From the human T2T-CHM13v2.0 reference genome, Homo sapiens: DNA of 64,000 nt. This document shows positions 1 to 18,928 of this stretch, piece by piece. The stretch lies in the NCBI RefSeq assembly GCF_009914755.1, contig NC_060939.1; one strand, given 5' to 3'. Made by a program: the position numbers and the translations under genes. The notes below the pieces were generated by a model, which worked only from the letters and a program-made list of their open reading frames with translations, had not been told where the DNA came from and ran no database searches. How positions within the stretch are numbered: position 1 is the stretch's first letter; every line of letters starts with the position of its first letter.

Positions 1-2137
1 TAATCCAAAGGCAGGTATCCAGACTGCTGAAGGCTTATTAAAATGTAACAATAGGTCCAAGTCTAGAACTTGAAAAAACTTCTCATTTGTCAAAGAAGTT
101 CCAGTATTCTACATTCTCTTGCTAATGAATTTGGGGAGCCTTGGAAGCTCAGCAACTGGGATGCCATCGACAGGTTTGCGGTCCTCTCTAGTCTGGGGTA
201 GGTCTTAAGGGGAAACTTTTGGGAGGGACACACATACAGTACAGTGAAACTGTACATGAACTACTCAGGAGACAGATCACTTGGCAGGGATGTGGCGATC
301 TTTGTACATATTTGTTCTGCTTTACTAGCTACATTGTAAGCTTCTGCAGATGAAGAGTTCAGCCTTGATGTCCCATCTCCCGCCCAGGCCTGCCATGTAC
401 TAGTTGATCAGTAAAAGTGGAATGAATGAAAGCCAGTGTTAGTTTACAGAGCTTCTGTGGGACAGAAGCTTTGTTCAGTTGAGTTTCCATCAATATCAAA
501 TGCAATGTTATGTGCGTTGAGTTTCTTGATAACTGTTCTTGAGGTTTCTTTTTTTTTTTGGTCCTTTTTGACTGATTAAGCAAGGCTGGACTGGTTGGAG
601 ACCCCAGATGGGACCAAGAAATGCGAATCCTGCCTGGATTGTTGTAGGTAGAGTGCTTAATATGGGGCCTGGCATGAAGGAAGTTGGGAGTATTATCTGG
701 TCAACTGGAGTTTAGTTATTAGGTTGTAAATGACTATGGTAGGTACAGATGTCATGAATATACTAGGGTCTCAGGGTCTGAAAGAGTTAAAGCTCCTCTC
801 AGAATAGCCCAGGCAGTTCCCAGGAAGTAGCTTCTTAGGCAGGATGTGGCAAACCAGTGGGTAAATGAGAGCCCTTCTCCTTTGGAAGAAAAGGAAGTAG
901 GTGGGGAGAAGTGAAGAGGAAGAGCTTGGTAGACAAATCTTTTTATCTGCTTCTTTTTTAAGTGCCAGACAGACCCTGCAGATTTTTGATCCAAAGTGAC
1001 CAAAGTCCTAAGAATGCCAATAATATTGGTTTTGCTATTGTCTTTTCCCTGCAGCTAATAACTCAAGTTTAAGATCCACTAGAGTGTTGTTTCAATAGAT
1101 TTTGTTTTCTAATTTTGATCATTGGTGTATTCTTCAGTGCGCTTTCAAGATTCACAGTGAATGTGGTGTCATCCAAAATCACATTCTTTTCTAACCAAGG
1201 ATAAGTCAGAAGAAAAGATATATATATGTATATTAGAAAAGTGTCTCTTTAATGTGTTTACCTATTTATCCATTTTAAAACACATTCCCACCCATTCTCT
1301 GTCCAGGTGCTCATAACAGTCCCTTGTGATACAGGACAAGAGTGTGCTTCCATTTAAGGCAGGAGAGAGATCTTGCCCATGGTTAGATGACCAGTTACCA
1401 GCAGAGTTAATAGAGGGCTCCAGACCCTCTGACTTCAAGTTCAGGGTTGTTTCCACAATTTTGGTCCTTTTTGTTAAGAATATAGTTTATACATTGGAGA
1501 CAAATTATTGATGGAGGCTGCAATTTTGCAAATAAAAATAACCCTCAAAAATCCAGTAATGTGTATGTGAAATGAAATAGGTGAACTGAATTTGGTGAGC
1601 TTTAGTGTCGCTGTAAAAGCAACTATCCTTTGTAAACTTACTGCATAGCTAATAATGTAAATCAGTGTTGTGTTTAGGAATCAGCTCCAGGACTGTGGTT
1701 TGATATGTGGAAACACCTCTGCGTTTGCTGTGGGCTGGTAGACAGAATGGGCTGGACCTGGCTGTACTGTGAAAGGCTTCTTTGAGCTGGTTCTTTGACC
1801 AGGTAATGAAAACGTTAAGCATCTAAAAACGAAGTCTTTAGGAGGCTTCCAAGGATCTGGAAAGCTGAACTCAGCAATTTTTAGACTTCAGTTTTCTGGA
1901 CAGGACAGCTCTTCTAGTCAAGGAAGCCAGTATCTCCTGCATTTGTGTAGCTCTTGACTCCATTTCTTTGAAGGTTTCAAATGATAATTTTTACACTTAC
2001 CCAGATAATCTACTCTGCCTGAGCACATAATTGGTAATTTGGCCCAAAGACTGCATACTTAGATTGCATCCTGGTCACACTGATATCTTACATGCATTTT
2101 AGATATTTAAATATTAAAACAAATATTCTTATGGCAA

Positions 2138-2669
<532 letters not shown>

Positions 2670-3621
2670 TAGGATGTCAGGCTGCTCTTTACTGAACCCT
2701 AAATATCCTGAAGCATTCTGGGCTGGTGTCTAGGACCATCTTGATCCTAAGGGAATAAGCTTGACTCTTCTCCTCTTGGTGCTTCAGCACTGCATTTTCC
2801 TCAGTGGGATTGGAACAAGCATTAAAGCAAAACAAAAAGTTGTAAATGAGACTTAGGGCAACTAACCTGCTCTAGCCAGAATGAAAAATTTGTTGACGTT
2901 TAAAGTTCTCTGACCTCCCTGTGTCTACCTGTTCATAATACTAAAACAAATTATGAACTTAAGTAATAAGAAAAAAGATTATGGCAGATTTCACACAGCT
3001 AAAATAATTACAAGAATTCAGCAACCACAAAAATATTTCTCACTGCAAATTCTCATCCATTTCTGTATTGTAGGCATTTTTTTTTTCTTTTGGTTTTAGT
3101 GTTTATTGTATACCTCACACTGGGTTAGACTCAAGTTTGGGGGATACTTCCAGCTTAATTGAGGGTATGAGCATGTAATTGCAAGGCATTGTGACACATG
3201 CTCTAACTCTGGTGTGTGATACAGCACAGGCTATGGGAACTCAAAGGGTGAGTGACTAACGCTGTCTTGAGGAGTGAAGGACTGTATCCCCAAAGCAGGG
3301 ATCTGGGCCTGTCTTGGGGTTTTTGGGTCTTCTGTTTTGTTCTTATTTTTTTCTTCTTCTTCTTTTTTTTTTTTTTTTTCCTGTAACCTTATTTATGGTG
3401 AAGGGACTTTTTTTTTTTTAATTGTTTACACTTGCCCTTTTGATATCCTCTGCATTCGTGGCTCTTATCATCATCTTAGACTTGTGAACCTGCCTCAGGT
3501 CTCTGTTAGGAGTTTCTGGCCTATCTGGTCAGCCATATACTGAGTAGCTCCACACGTAGAGCCTGCAGGTTATCTCCAACTCACCTTTTCCAAAAAATAG
3601 ATTTATAATCCTCTTGTCGCC

Positions 3622-4852
3622 TGTGATGACCTCTCATGCTAACTACCCAGAGTCAGGCAGACCTCATAGGTTAAACACACAGTCCTCTGTAAGACTGCCC
3701 TTCATAAGACTGTTACAATCTAAGGGGTTTCCTGACCACACACACTTCTGTTGAACTAGCTACAAATTGGGGTTTTCACTATCCTCTCAGGTTCCATAGT
3801 TTGCTAGAGCAATTCACAGAACTCAGGAATGCACTGTACTTCTGATTACAATTTTATTATAGCAAAAAGGGTACAAATCAGGAGCAGCCAAAAGAAGAGG
3901 CATATAGGGTAAGGCCTGGGAGGGTCCCAGATGTAAAGCTTCTGGTGTCTTCACCTCTTGGAATCAGGGCACAGTCACTCTCCTAGTACATTGATGTGTA
4001 ACAATATGCACAGAGTATTATTAACCAGGGAAGCTCCCCTGAGCTTCAGTGTCCAGAGTTTTTACTGGGGCCCCATTACATAGGCATGATTAATTGAATC
4101 ATTGGCCATGTGATTGAACTGAATCTCTAGCCCTTTTACTCACTGCAGGTTAGGCTGTATTACATGGCTCAGAGCCCCAACCTTGTAATCACATGATTGG
4201 TCTTTCTGGTATGGCCAGCCCCCATCCTGTGTCTTTTTTTTTTTTTTTCCCCCAGTCATCTTTTATTTGGAGGTTAATTCCCATTAGGATATGAAAGGAT
4301 TCAGCAACGATCGAGACTGTGTTCCTTATGGAGGGGCTCGGGCCAAGAAGGTCATGGCGGGGAGTGCAGAGCATGCCCTCTTCTTCAGTGGTACTTGCAT
4401 AGCCACTTGTGCTTGAGCTCCTTGTAGGAAAGGCAGTAGCTGAAGAGCACGTAGCTTGCCAGCACCATGGTAACCCCTGAGATGCTCCCCTTCTTCATGT
4501 CAATGCACTGCTTGTAGTACCAGTAATAACCTCTTCAAAATGCTCCGGTAGTGCCACTATTGCTGAAGTCCTGCATCAAGCTCCAGCTTGGCAGCTCCCC
4601 TAGTTTGACCTCCAGAAGTTTCTTGTTCTTCACTGGTATGACTGATGCCATCTTGGAGTCCTGGTGTCCACTGTCCCTGTGTCATCTTTTTAAGCAAACT
4701 GTGGGCCCACATTGAATCACCTTATTGGCGTGAACTATCAGGGCCCACTGTGAATAACAAAGACACTCCTATTACTTGAGAAATTCCAAAGATTTAGAGG
4801 TTACCTCCAGAAACCAGGGACAAAGGCCAGCCAAATTCTTTATTATACAACA
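3622..4852 (-). mobile_element. MER21-family LTR hosting the ATP5MF pseudogene
   Basis: Minus strand starts tgttgtataataaagaatttgg...gtccctggtt...aggagtgtctttgttattca; motifs cacagaactcagg and attacataggcatgattaattgaatcattggcc. Confidence 0.65.
4234..4676 (-). pseudogene. Processed pseudogene of ATP synthase subunit f (ATP5MF/ATP5J2); CDS remnant 4651->4385
   Basis: Minus strand reads MASVIPVKNKKLLEVKLGELPSWSLMQDFSNSGTTGAF*RGYYWYYKQCIDMKKGSISGVTMVLASYVLFSYCLSYKELKHKWLCKYH*; intronless, TGA at codon 39 (4535-4537), AATAAA 4262-4267, poly(A) 4234-4248, TSD core cctgtgtc at 4226-4233 and 4676-4683. Confidence 0.95.
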
Positions 4853-6740
4853 TCCTCCTAACCCCCAAAGCTGTCTAGTCCTCATCTTTGTGATGTGGTA
4901 AGTCAGATCCCTCTGGATGCCCAGCCAGAAACCTGGCATCACCCTCAACTCCTCCCTCCCTCCCCCCATATCCAGATCATCACCCAGTCTTGCCAACTCT
5001 GCCTTCAGTTTCTGTCCCAGCTCTTTATTGCCTGGCTGCTGTGGTGTTCAAATTCTCATCTTGTCTTGTTTTCCTTGTTGCCTTCAAGCTGACTTTCCTG
5101 GCTTGGCTCTCCCATTTCTAAGTTGCCAGACTCTTGGTTCCAAAATATAAAACTGATCTTGTCACTTTCTTTAGAATTTGCTGTTGCAGAACAATGTGTG
5201 TATTATAATTCCATTTTCGTTAAACAAAACATACTATATATATTCACTGGAAATGTATTTCAAAGAAATCTAGAAGTGTATATATTCTACAGTGTTAAGA
5301 GTAGTTATCTGAGGGAAGGTGGAACATAGAGTTTTACTTTAGACTATATATTTCTAGACTAGTTGGATTTTTTCATACTGAGCACACATTAGTTTTTTTA
5401 GGCCTGGTAATATTACAGAAGTCAAATTACAGAAGTCACCCTAGCTCCCCACTCGCCTTCTAAACCTAATTCTTTAGCATGGTGTGCTGTGCCCTTCATG
5501 GTCTAGCTCAGTTTACCTGCAGCCCCATCTCATCACTCACCTGGATGCATCCACTCTCAGGATATTCTCAGGATTAAACTTGGGGATTACATTTTCTGAC
5601 CTTCACTTTCCCTCCCTTATCTTAGATGGAATTAGGGAGTTTTTCTGTATGTTCCCATAGCTCCCAATGCCTACCTTGCTTTTAGCATTTTGACCTACCC
5701 TACCCTGTAGATTGTTGTTACACTTGTATAGTTGTTGCTGTACTTCTTCTTAGTATCCTTTCCTATGTTTGGCTTACATTGTGATACACACCCCCCTACA
5801 ATCCCCCCCAAACACACACACCCACCCACACACCCACCTTTCAGACTGCCTTGTGAGGACAGGGATCTTGTTGTCTTCATAGCCTAGCCTCTAGTATACA
5901 TAGTGCTTGTCATGGAGTAGACGCTTCATAGTAAATCTGCATTGTATTTTCACAGCTGTAGGCATAAATGGATGTAACCCAGAGATTCACTCAAGTTACC
6001 TATCCCATGCCCTTTTCTAGATTGGAGCACTCCCCGAGGTTTAGATTCTCATAATCAGTTCTGCTGTGGGACTCACATTTCCCTTTCTATGTTTTTTCTC
6101 TTTTTGCTCTGTTCTTGAACTAGCTTGGAATTTGGCTCCTTTTCCTTGGTTTCCACTATAACAACAGTGAGAACAAAGTATACACAAAGCTATTTGTGTG
6201 CACAGCAGATTGGACTTGGAAGGTTTGGGGTGGGGAGGGTATATTATATTACAGCAATACAGGTAACTTAAAATCTAATGGTGTTAGGTGTCTTTGGTCT
6301 TAAATGACCTTTGCTACCCTGCCATGGTACCTCCTTTCCTTCTGCTCTTGCTGCTCTTAACGAGTCCCCAAACAAGCTTTTCTCATTTTATTTTGCAACG
6401 TAATTCAGCTCTCCAGCTGCACCTCTACATGCTGTTCAGGGCTGCTTCTGCCCACCCCAAGGCTGAGGAGCAGGCCCTTCTAAACTATGGGCAAGCTTTG
6501 TGGTTCTCTAGTAGGACCAGATCCCACTGTGAACAGGTATTGTTAGCCCAAAGACTTATTTCCCCACCCCACATCTTTTTTCAGAAGACAGAAGCAAGCA
6601 CTATCAGTTTTGGTTTTAATTAAGTTTCTTTCTGTGATATTACTTCTTCTAGGTAGGTTTTGACTTTACTAGACCAATTGCTGTTAATTTGATGGTCTAA
6701 CTAGTAATTTTCTACCCCTAGTTTAACATGTTGAATGTTG

Positions 6741-7040
6741 ACCAGGTGCAGTGTCTTACGCCTGTAATCCCCGCACTTTGGGAGGCTTAGGTGGGTGGAT
6801 CACCTGAGCCCTAGAAGTTTGAGACCAATCTGGGCAACATAGTGAAACCCTGTCTCTACAGAAAATTACAAAAATTAGCCAGGCATGGTGGCACGTGCCT
6901 GTAGTCCAGTTACTTGAGAAACTGAGGTGGGAGGGAGGATCGCCTGAGCCCAGGAGATTGAGGCTGCAGTGAGCCATGATTGCACCACTACACCCCAGTC
7001 TGCGCAACAAAATGAGACCCTGTCTCAAAAAAACAAAAAA
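6741..7040 (+). repeat. Alu (old, J-like)
   Basis: Diverged Alu dimer with A tail. Confidence 0.9.
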
Positions 7041-7407
7041 CCTATGCTTAAGTGAGCACCTGCATTGACTTCCAGTCCTGATCCTGAAATCAGGATTCCC
7101 TGAAGGTTGTTGGAAAGTGATCTGGGGGTAGGGTTTTTTCCCAGAGGTGATACGTGCTCAGGGATGAGATTTGCTGACCCTCCTGTGTGTATTTGGGCAG
7201 GGAGAAGGGTCCAGCTGTAACAAACAGCTGTTCTTGTATATAAGGGGGAAGCAAGTCTGGAGAATTGACAATTTCTCCTGTGGACTAGAATTGGAGACAT
7301 ATTTTGAGTGCTGTGTTTCATCTGACTGTATCTTCCTGCCCTTGGGTGTGCTTCTGGGCACTGGCTACTGACCTTTTGCCTTGGGGACCCGACCGTACTT
7401 ATGGTTC

Positions 7408-7761
7408 TGTTAAAGTTGGAGGGTGTCCAGGTTCTTGGCATCTTCAACAAAGAATTGGACAAAATGCACAAAGCAAGGAAGGGACGAAGGGATTTATTGA
7501 AAATGAAAGTACCCTCCACAATGTGGGAGCGGTCCCAAGCATAGGAGCTCAAAAGGCCCCGTTGCAGAGTTTTGGGGAATTTAAATACCCCCTAGAGGAT
7601 TCCATTTGTTATTTTGGGTACGCTGTATGTAAATGGAGAGGTTGAAGTAAAGTTACAAAGTCATTTGCGGCCTATGACCTATGGAGAGGATATTTCCTGT
7701 TATAGCTGAAGAGTGAATTGGCCTTATGTTCCCTACCTCCAGACCCAATTTTCCTGCCTCA
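7408..7761 (-). mobile_element. Solo ERV1 LTR, MER61-like (354 bp)
   Basis: TG...CA termini, minus strand starts TGAGGCAGGAAAAT; 4-bp TSD gttc at 7404-7407 and 7762-7765. Confidence 0.8.
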
Positions 7762-8028
7762 GTTCTGAGTTATGAGGTTTAACTGATTGGGTCACATTGG
7801 ATCCTGTACCTTCTCCCTCATTGAAGAGCAAACTGCATTCCTGATTGATAGACCAGCATGGGCCATTATTATACAGGGATTTTCTAAAAAGCTCTTTTTC
7901 TTTTTTTAAATTTATTTAAACTATTTTTTCCTCATTATGACTGGAAGGATAAAAGATATTTTTCTATATCAGCTTCTCAAGAACAGGGAATGGGTAATGT
8001 CCAGTACATCATCTTTCTAAGGCCATAG

Positions 8029-9046
<1,018 letters not shown>

Positions 9047-9325
9047 TCACTTGTTTTAAGCAACAATATGACACCCCCTGTCTGATTCAGGATGTTATTC
9101 AATATTTGAGGAAAGTCTTTGTGAGTGGGTGGTCCTCATGACTCCAGAGGCTCCTCTGTGTGTGTGTATGTGTGTGTTTTTCAACATGACTGCAGAAACA
9201 TGTTGTGGGAAGGTAATTTATGTGATTTCAGAAGACTGTTTGATTCCCAGGGGGTGTTTTTGTTTGTTTGTTTCTTTTTAAAGGATAGGAATATGTGATT
9301 CTTATTCTACCTGGGATTCTTTTTA

Positions 9326-11290
<1,965 letters not shown>

Positions 11291-12109
11291 ACCAATTCTA
11301 TACCATTGTTCACAGATTAGCCCCTACTAGAATGCCCTCTTTCTCTTTTTTTTTTTTTGCTATCTCATTATTTTATATCATTCTAGACCAGTTTGAGCCT
11401 CATATCCCCACAAAACTTACTCTAGCATATCCTCAACTACACAGCTGCCTGTGTTCTAGGCCCTTTGTGAGAATTAGGCGAACTGTGGTACAGTCATTGC
11501 CCCAGAATCACTTTTGAAGTTGGTGGTGAAACCATAAAAGCAATAAAGGTAATTAACTACATTGTGCATTTTCCCCAGATTATTTATTGCATGAACAACA
11601 TGAAAACGTGGGGATTAAATCACCTTCTACCCTGCCACAGCAACTGATTTCATTTATCTATGTTTCTTTGCAGTGCTTGTTCGTATACATTCATTTTTCC
11701 CCCATAGGTAATACAATATAATTCATTTGCACCTGAGAGTGTTTGTCAAAATTTCTGATACCTATAAGTGTGTGTGACTTTGGATAAGTCACTTCTCCTG
11801 AGACCCAGTTTCTCCGTCTAAACCAGGGGTTTAGACTACATGTCCTGTAAGGCAATAATCATGAAAGTATCTTCTGTTGTGGAGTATTTCACAGTTGCTT
11901 GAACATTTGTATTGTTATTCTTTACCATAACTACATGGGATTGAGTGGAATATGATATTCCTTTTTTACGGATTGGGAAACTGAAACTGAGGTAGCCAAA
12001 GAAAACACTCTTAGGTGAAAATGAATTATATTGTAGTACCTATGACGGGAAAAAAATGAACGTATATGAACAAGCACTGGAAGGAAACATAGATAAATGA
12101 CTTTAAGGT

Positions 12110-12850
12110 TGACTTTTTATCTCTGGTTTTTAGCAGTTTGACTATGATGTGTCTAGGTGTGGGATTTTTCTTTTTTTAAGTATTGCTTAGGGTGCCCTGT
12201 GTTTTTTCGATCTGGATGTTTGTTGTTTTTTGTTAATTTTGGGAAATTCTTGGCCTTTATCTCTTCAAGTATTTCTTCTGTCCTGTTCCCTCTTGTTCAT
12301 CCAAGACCCCAACTACATATATGTTAGACGATTGGATCTTGTCCTACAACTCTTGGATGCTCTGTTCTGATTTCTTTTATTCTTTTTTTTTGCTTTAGTT
12401 TGGTTAATTTCTTTTTTGTTTTTTTGTTTTTTTGAGACAAGCTGGTCCCAAAGTCTGGGCCTCAAGTGGTCAAGCTGGTCTCAAACTCTGGGCCTCAAGT
12501 GGTCCTCCTGCCTTGGCCTCCCAAAATATTGGTATTACAAGCATGAGCCACCGTGCCCAGCCTCCATTTAAAAAGTTCTGTCGACCTATCTTCAGGGTCA
12601 CTGATTGTTCCCTCAGCTCCATGTAATCGGCTAATGAGCCTGTTGACCTCTGATGCCACGTTTTTAAAATTTCTAGCATTTTAATTTGATTCTATTTTTA
12701 GTTTTCACCTTTGCTGAAATTCCTCATTTGTTCATACATGTTGTCACCTTTAACATATTAATCATAGTTATTTTAAGGCCTCTGTCTGATAGTTCCAACA
12801 TCTGGGTCATCTGAGTCTGGTTCTGTTTATAGCTTATCTCTTGATAAGGT
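12110..12850 (-). mobile_element. Ancient L1M fragment interrupted by Alu
   Basis: cagtttgactatgatgtgtctaggtgtgg... typical of antisense L1M; ORF remnant TQMLELSDRGLKITMINMLK. Confidence 0.55.
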
Positions 12851-12904
12851 TGTTCCCCCCCATCCCACCTCCCAACCCTTCTTGATTTTTGTGTTTTTCT
12901 TTCC

Positions 12905-14561
<1,657 letters not shown>

Positions 14562-15053
14562 TCCCGTCTCCATCTTTAGCAGACCCTGTGAGTATAGACC
14601 TTGGGTTTGGGGTTTTCCCAGCATTCTTTCCCTTCCTGTGTATGGCAGCCAGACTTTGCCTTGTATCTGCGGCAGGTCTTGGGCAGGAGAAAGTTTTGTA
14701 TACCTCCTTCAGCAGTTAGTAGACTTTTGCTTTCTGTTGGTGTTGAGCACAGCTTTAGGCTTAGATTCTTCATCAACTAGGAGAAGCTGTGCTTCAATAC
14801 AGTTATTCGTTTGCATGGTTCCTAATGTGCTTCACTCAATTTAGCAGAATTTTTTTTTTTAACCTCTTCCTTGACGCTAGCTGCTTGTGCAAATCACATC
14901 TTGGCCGCCTACTCTTCTTCACTTGCTGACAGATGTGTAGGTGAGAAAAGTCTCATAGTCATTGTTCCTGAAAGAAGCTTCCAGACCCACTTCTAGGGCC
15001 AGTGACATATGCAGGAAATCAGCTGCTTCTGGGCCAGGACAGAGCTGGTCTTT

Positions 15054-16081
15054 TTTTTAGTGGGGGATGGCGGGCAGTGGGGCAGGGGACATTCAAAATT
15101 TATTTTCCAACAGACAGATAGCATCAGCAGGTACAACTACAAGGGTATCTACATAGATCATACATTCACAAGGCATTATTAGTTCAACAGTGAGAAAGCC
15201 ACTCGTGGGTTTTCTGTAACAATATCCCACTTCATAGTGTAAACAGGTACTATTTTGTTCACTTACAATTCCGGAAGGAAGGGCACACCTTGCAGGGGGG
15301 AAGAAAAGGGGAATCCTAAAGTAAGGTGCAACAATTAAGAGACAACACTTTGGCTAACAATCTTGGATCCACATTTCAGTCAGGGCCTTCCACATAGAGG
15401 GGAAAGACTTTTCTCTCAGAAGTTAGAATCTTTCTTCCTCCTTTCTTGTTAAACTGAGAGCAGTGTTTTGTTTGCTCAATATTACATGTACAAAAGGAGA
15501 TTAGAAGAAAATGCATCACAAAACCATCTTGAACGTTCAGCTCTTCCTGCCAATACATCACAACTCTTAGGTTTTAGACGGGGCCTGGGAATACGTAAGT
15601 GTTTTTTCTTTTTTTTTTTTTTTAAGTGAAAGCAAGTTTATTACGAAAGCAAAGGGATAAAAGAATGGCTGCTCCATAGGCAGAGAGCAGCCCAGTAATC
15701 TTAAAATAGGAAAATAGACACTATGGCTACAAAAAATAAAAAATAAATGAGGTAGATAAAATTTTCACACCCAGGACTTGCCTGTTCCAACTTCATAGCC
15801 TTCATGAAATATTCATCAAGAAGACAAAAAAAAAAAAAAACCTTTATAATTACTTGGCATAAGTCGCAACAAGAAAATTCAACAAAAAAATTAGCATGTA
15901 TACCTGTGATAGGAAACACATCCTTCCATGAGTTTCTTCTCAAGAATGAAAACCTAGTTCTTCAGTAGAGTAGGCACTGGCAAACTAAGTCACCTGAGAT
16001 TTCCTGCTCAGGTGCCCTCTTCTTCTGGGGTTCAGGAAGAGGAAGGCATCTAAGAAGTGTGGGAAAGGACATTGGCACTCT
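15054..16081 (-). pseudogene. Probable 5'-truncated retrocopy of an unidentified mRNA 3' UTR
   Basis: 19-bp direct repeats with 1 mismatch, cagg(a/g)cagagctggtcttt, at 15035-15053 and 16082-16100; T-run 15051-15058; minus-strand AATAAA 15099-15104; non-repeat-like UTR-type sequence. Confidence 0.6.
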
Positions 16082-16742
16082 CAGGGCAGAGCTGGTCTTT
16101 CACATTGTGGTGAAACTACTAGAAAGAAGAAAAACATGCTTGTGGCTACTCTGTGCCTGCGAAATAGGTGTGAAGCCTTTAGGAGTCAGAAGACCTGGGT
16201 TCAACTCTAATAGTCACTTACTCTGTGAACTTGTGCAAGTCACTTCTCTGTAGTTTTTCTTACAGTTAAAACTTTAAAGTTTTGTCCAGTGCTAAAATTC
16301 TCTAATCCTAACATATCCTTCTGTAGTGTTACAAGGATAGAACTCTCCAGGTAAATACCAAGGCTGTGCTTTTCTGCAAGCATAGTGGTTAGCTTCCCGT
16401 GTTATATGGTTTGAAGCCCTAGTTGTTACTTCTTGCCTGCATATAAACCCCATTGACGATGATCTCATTTTGTTTTTCCTTTGAGAATAAATTGATTGTT
16501 TTGTCTTCCCAGGTCTTTGAGAATGCGTAAGTTCCGGCACTAGAAGGCCCTCAGTAAAGTAACTAAAGGAGTATATACAGCTAAGGGCAATTTAAGTCAA
16601 AATGTGATAATAAGTAAAAAGTGGTTGTAGAAATTAAATGAGAGTGAAATATTTTTTTAAAAGTTGGAATCATCTAAATGCTAAATGCATATTTAATATT
16701 GTTTTGCTACTGTAATCTAATTAGTTAAAAAGAATAACATTT

Positions 16743-18537
<1,795 letters not shown>

Positions 18538-18566
18538 TTGAATTTTTGACAGATGGAATGACATAG

Positions 18567-18928
18567 TGTATTAGTCTGTTTTCACACTGGTTTATAAAGA
18601 ACTGCACAAGACTGGGTAATTTATAAAGTAAAGAGGTTTAATTGAATTACGGTTCTTTATGGCTGGGGAGGCCTCAGTAAACATACACTCACGGCATAAG
18701 GCAAAGGGGAAGCAAGGACCTTCTTCACATGGTGGCAAGAGAGAGAAGTGCCAGTAGGGGAAATGCCAGACACTTATAAAACCATCAGCTCTCATGAGAA
18801 TTCACTCACTGTCACAGGAACAATGTGGGGAAAACTGCCCCCATGACTCAATCACCTCCCTCTCTCAACACATGGGGATTACAATTTAAGATGAGATTTG
18901 GGTGGGAACGCAGAGCCAAACCATATCA
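18567..18928 (-). mobile_element. THE1/MST (ERVL-MaLR) solo LTR
   Basis: tgtattagtctgttttcac...gccaaaccatatca; 5-bp TSD catag/tatag at 18562-18566 and 18929-18933. Confidence 0.85.

Noticed and set aside
7025-7645. 175-aa and 113-aa ORFs
   Set aside because: Run across an LTR/unique boundary with no recognisable domain or splice context
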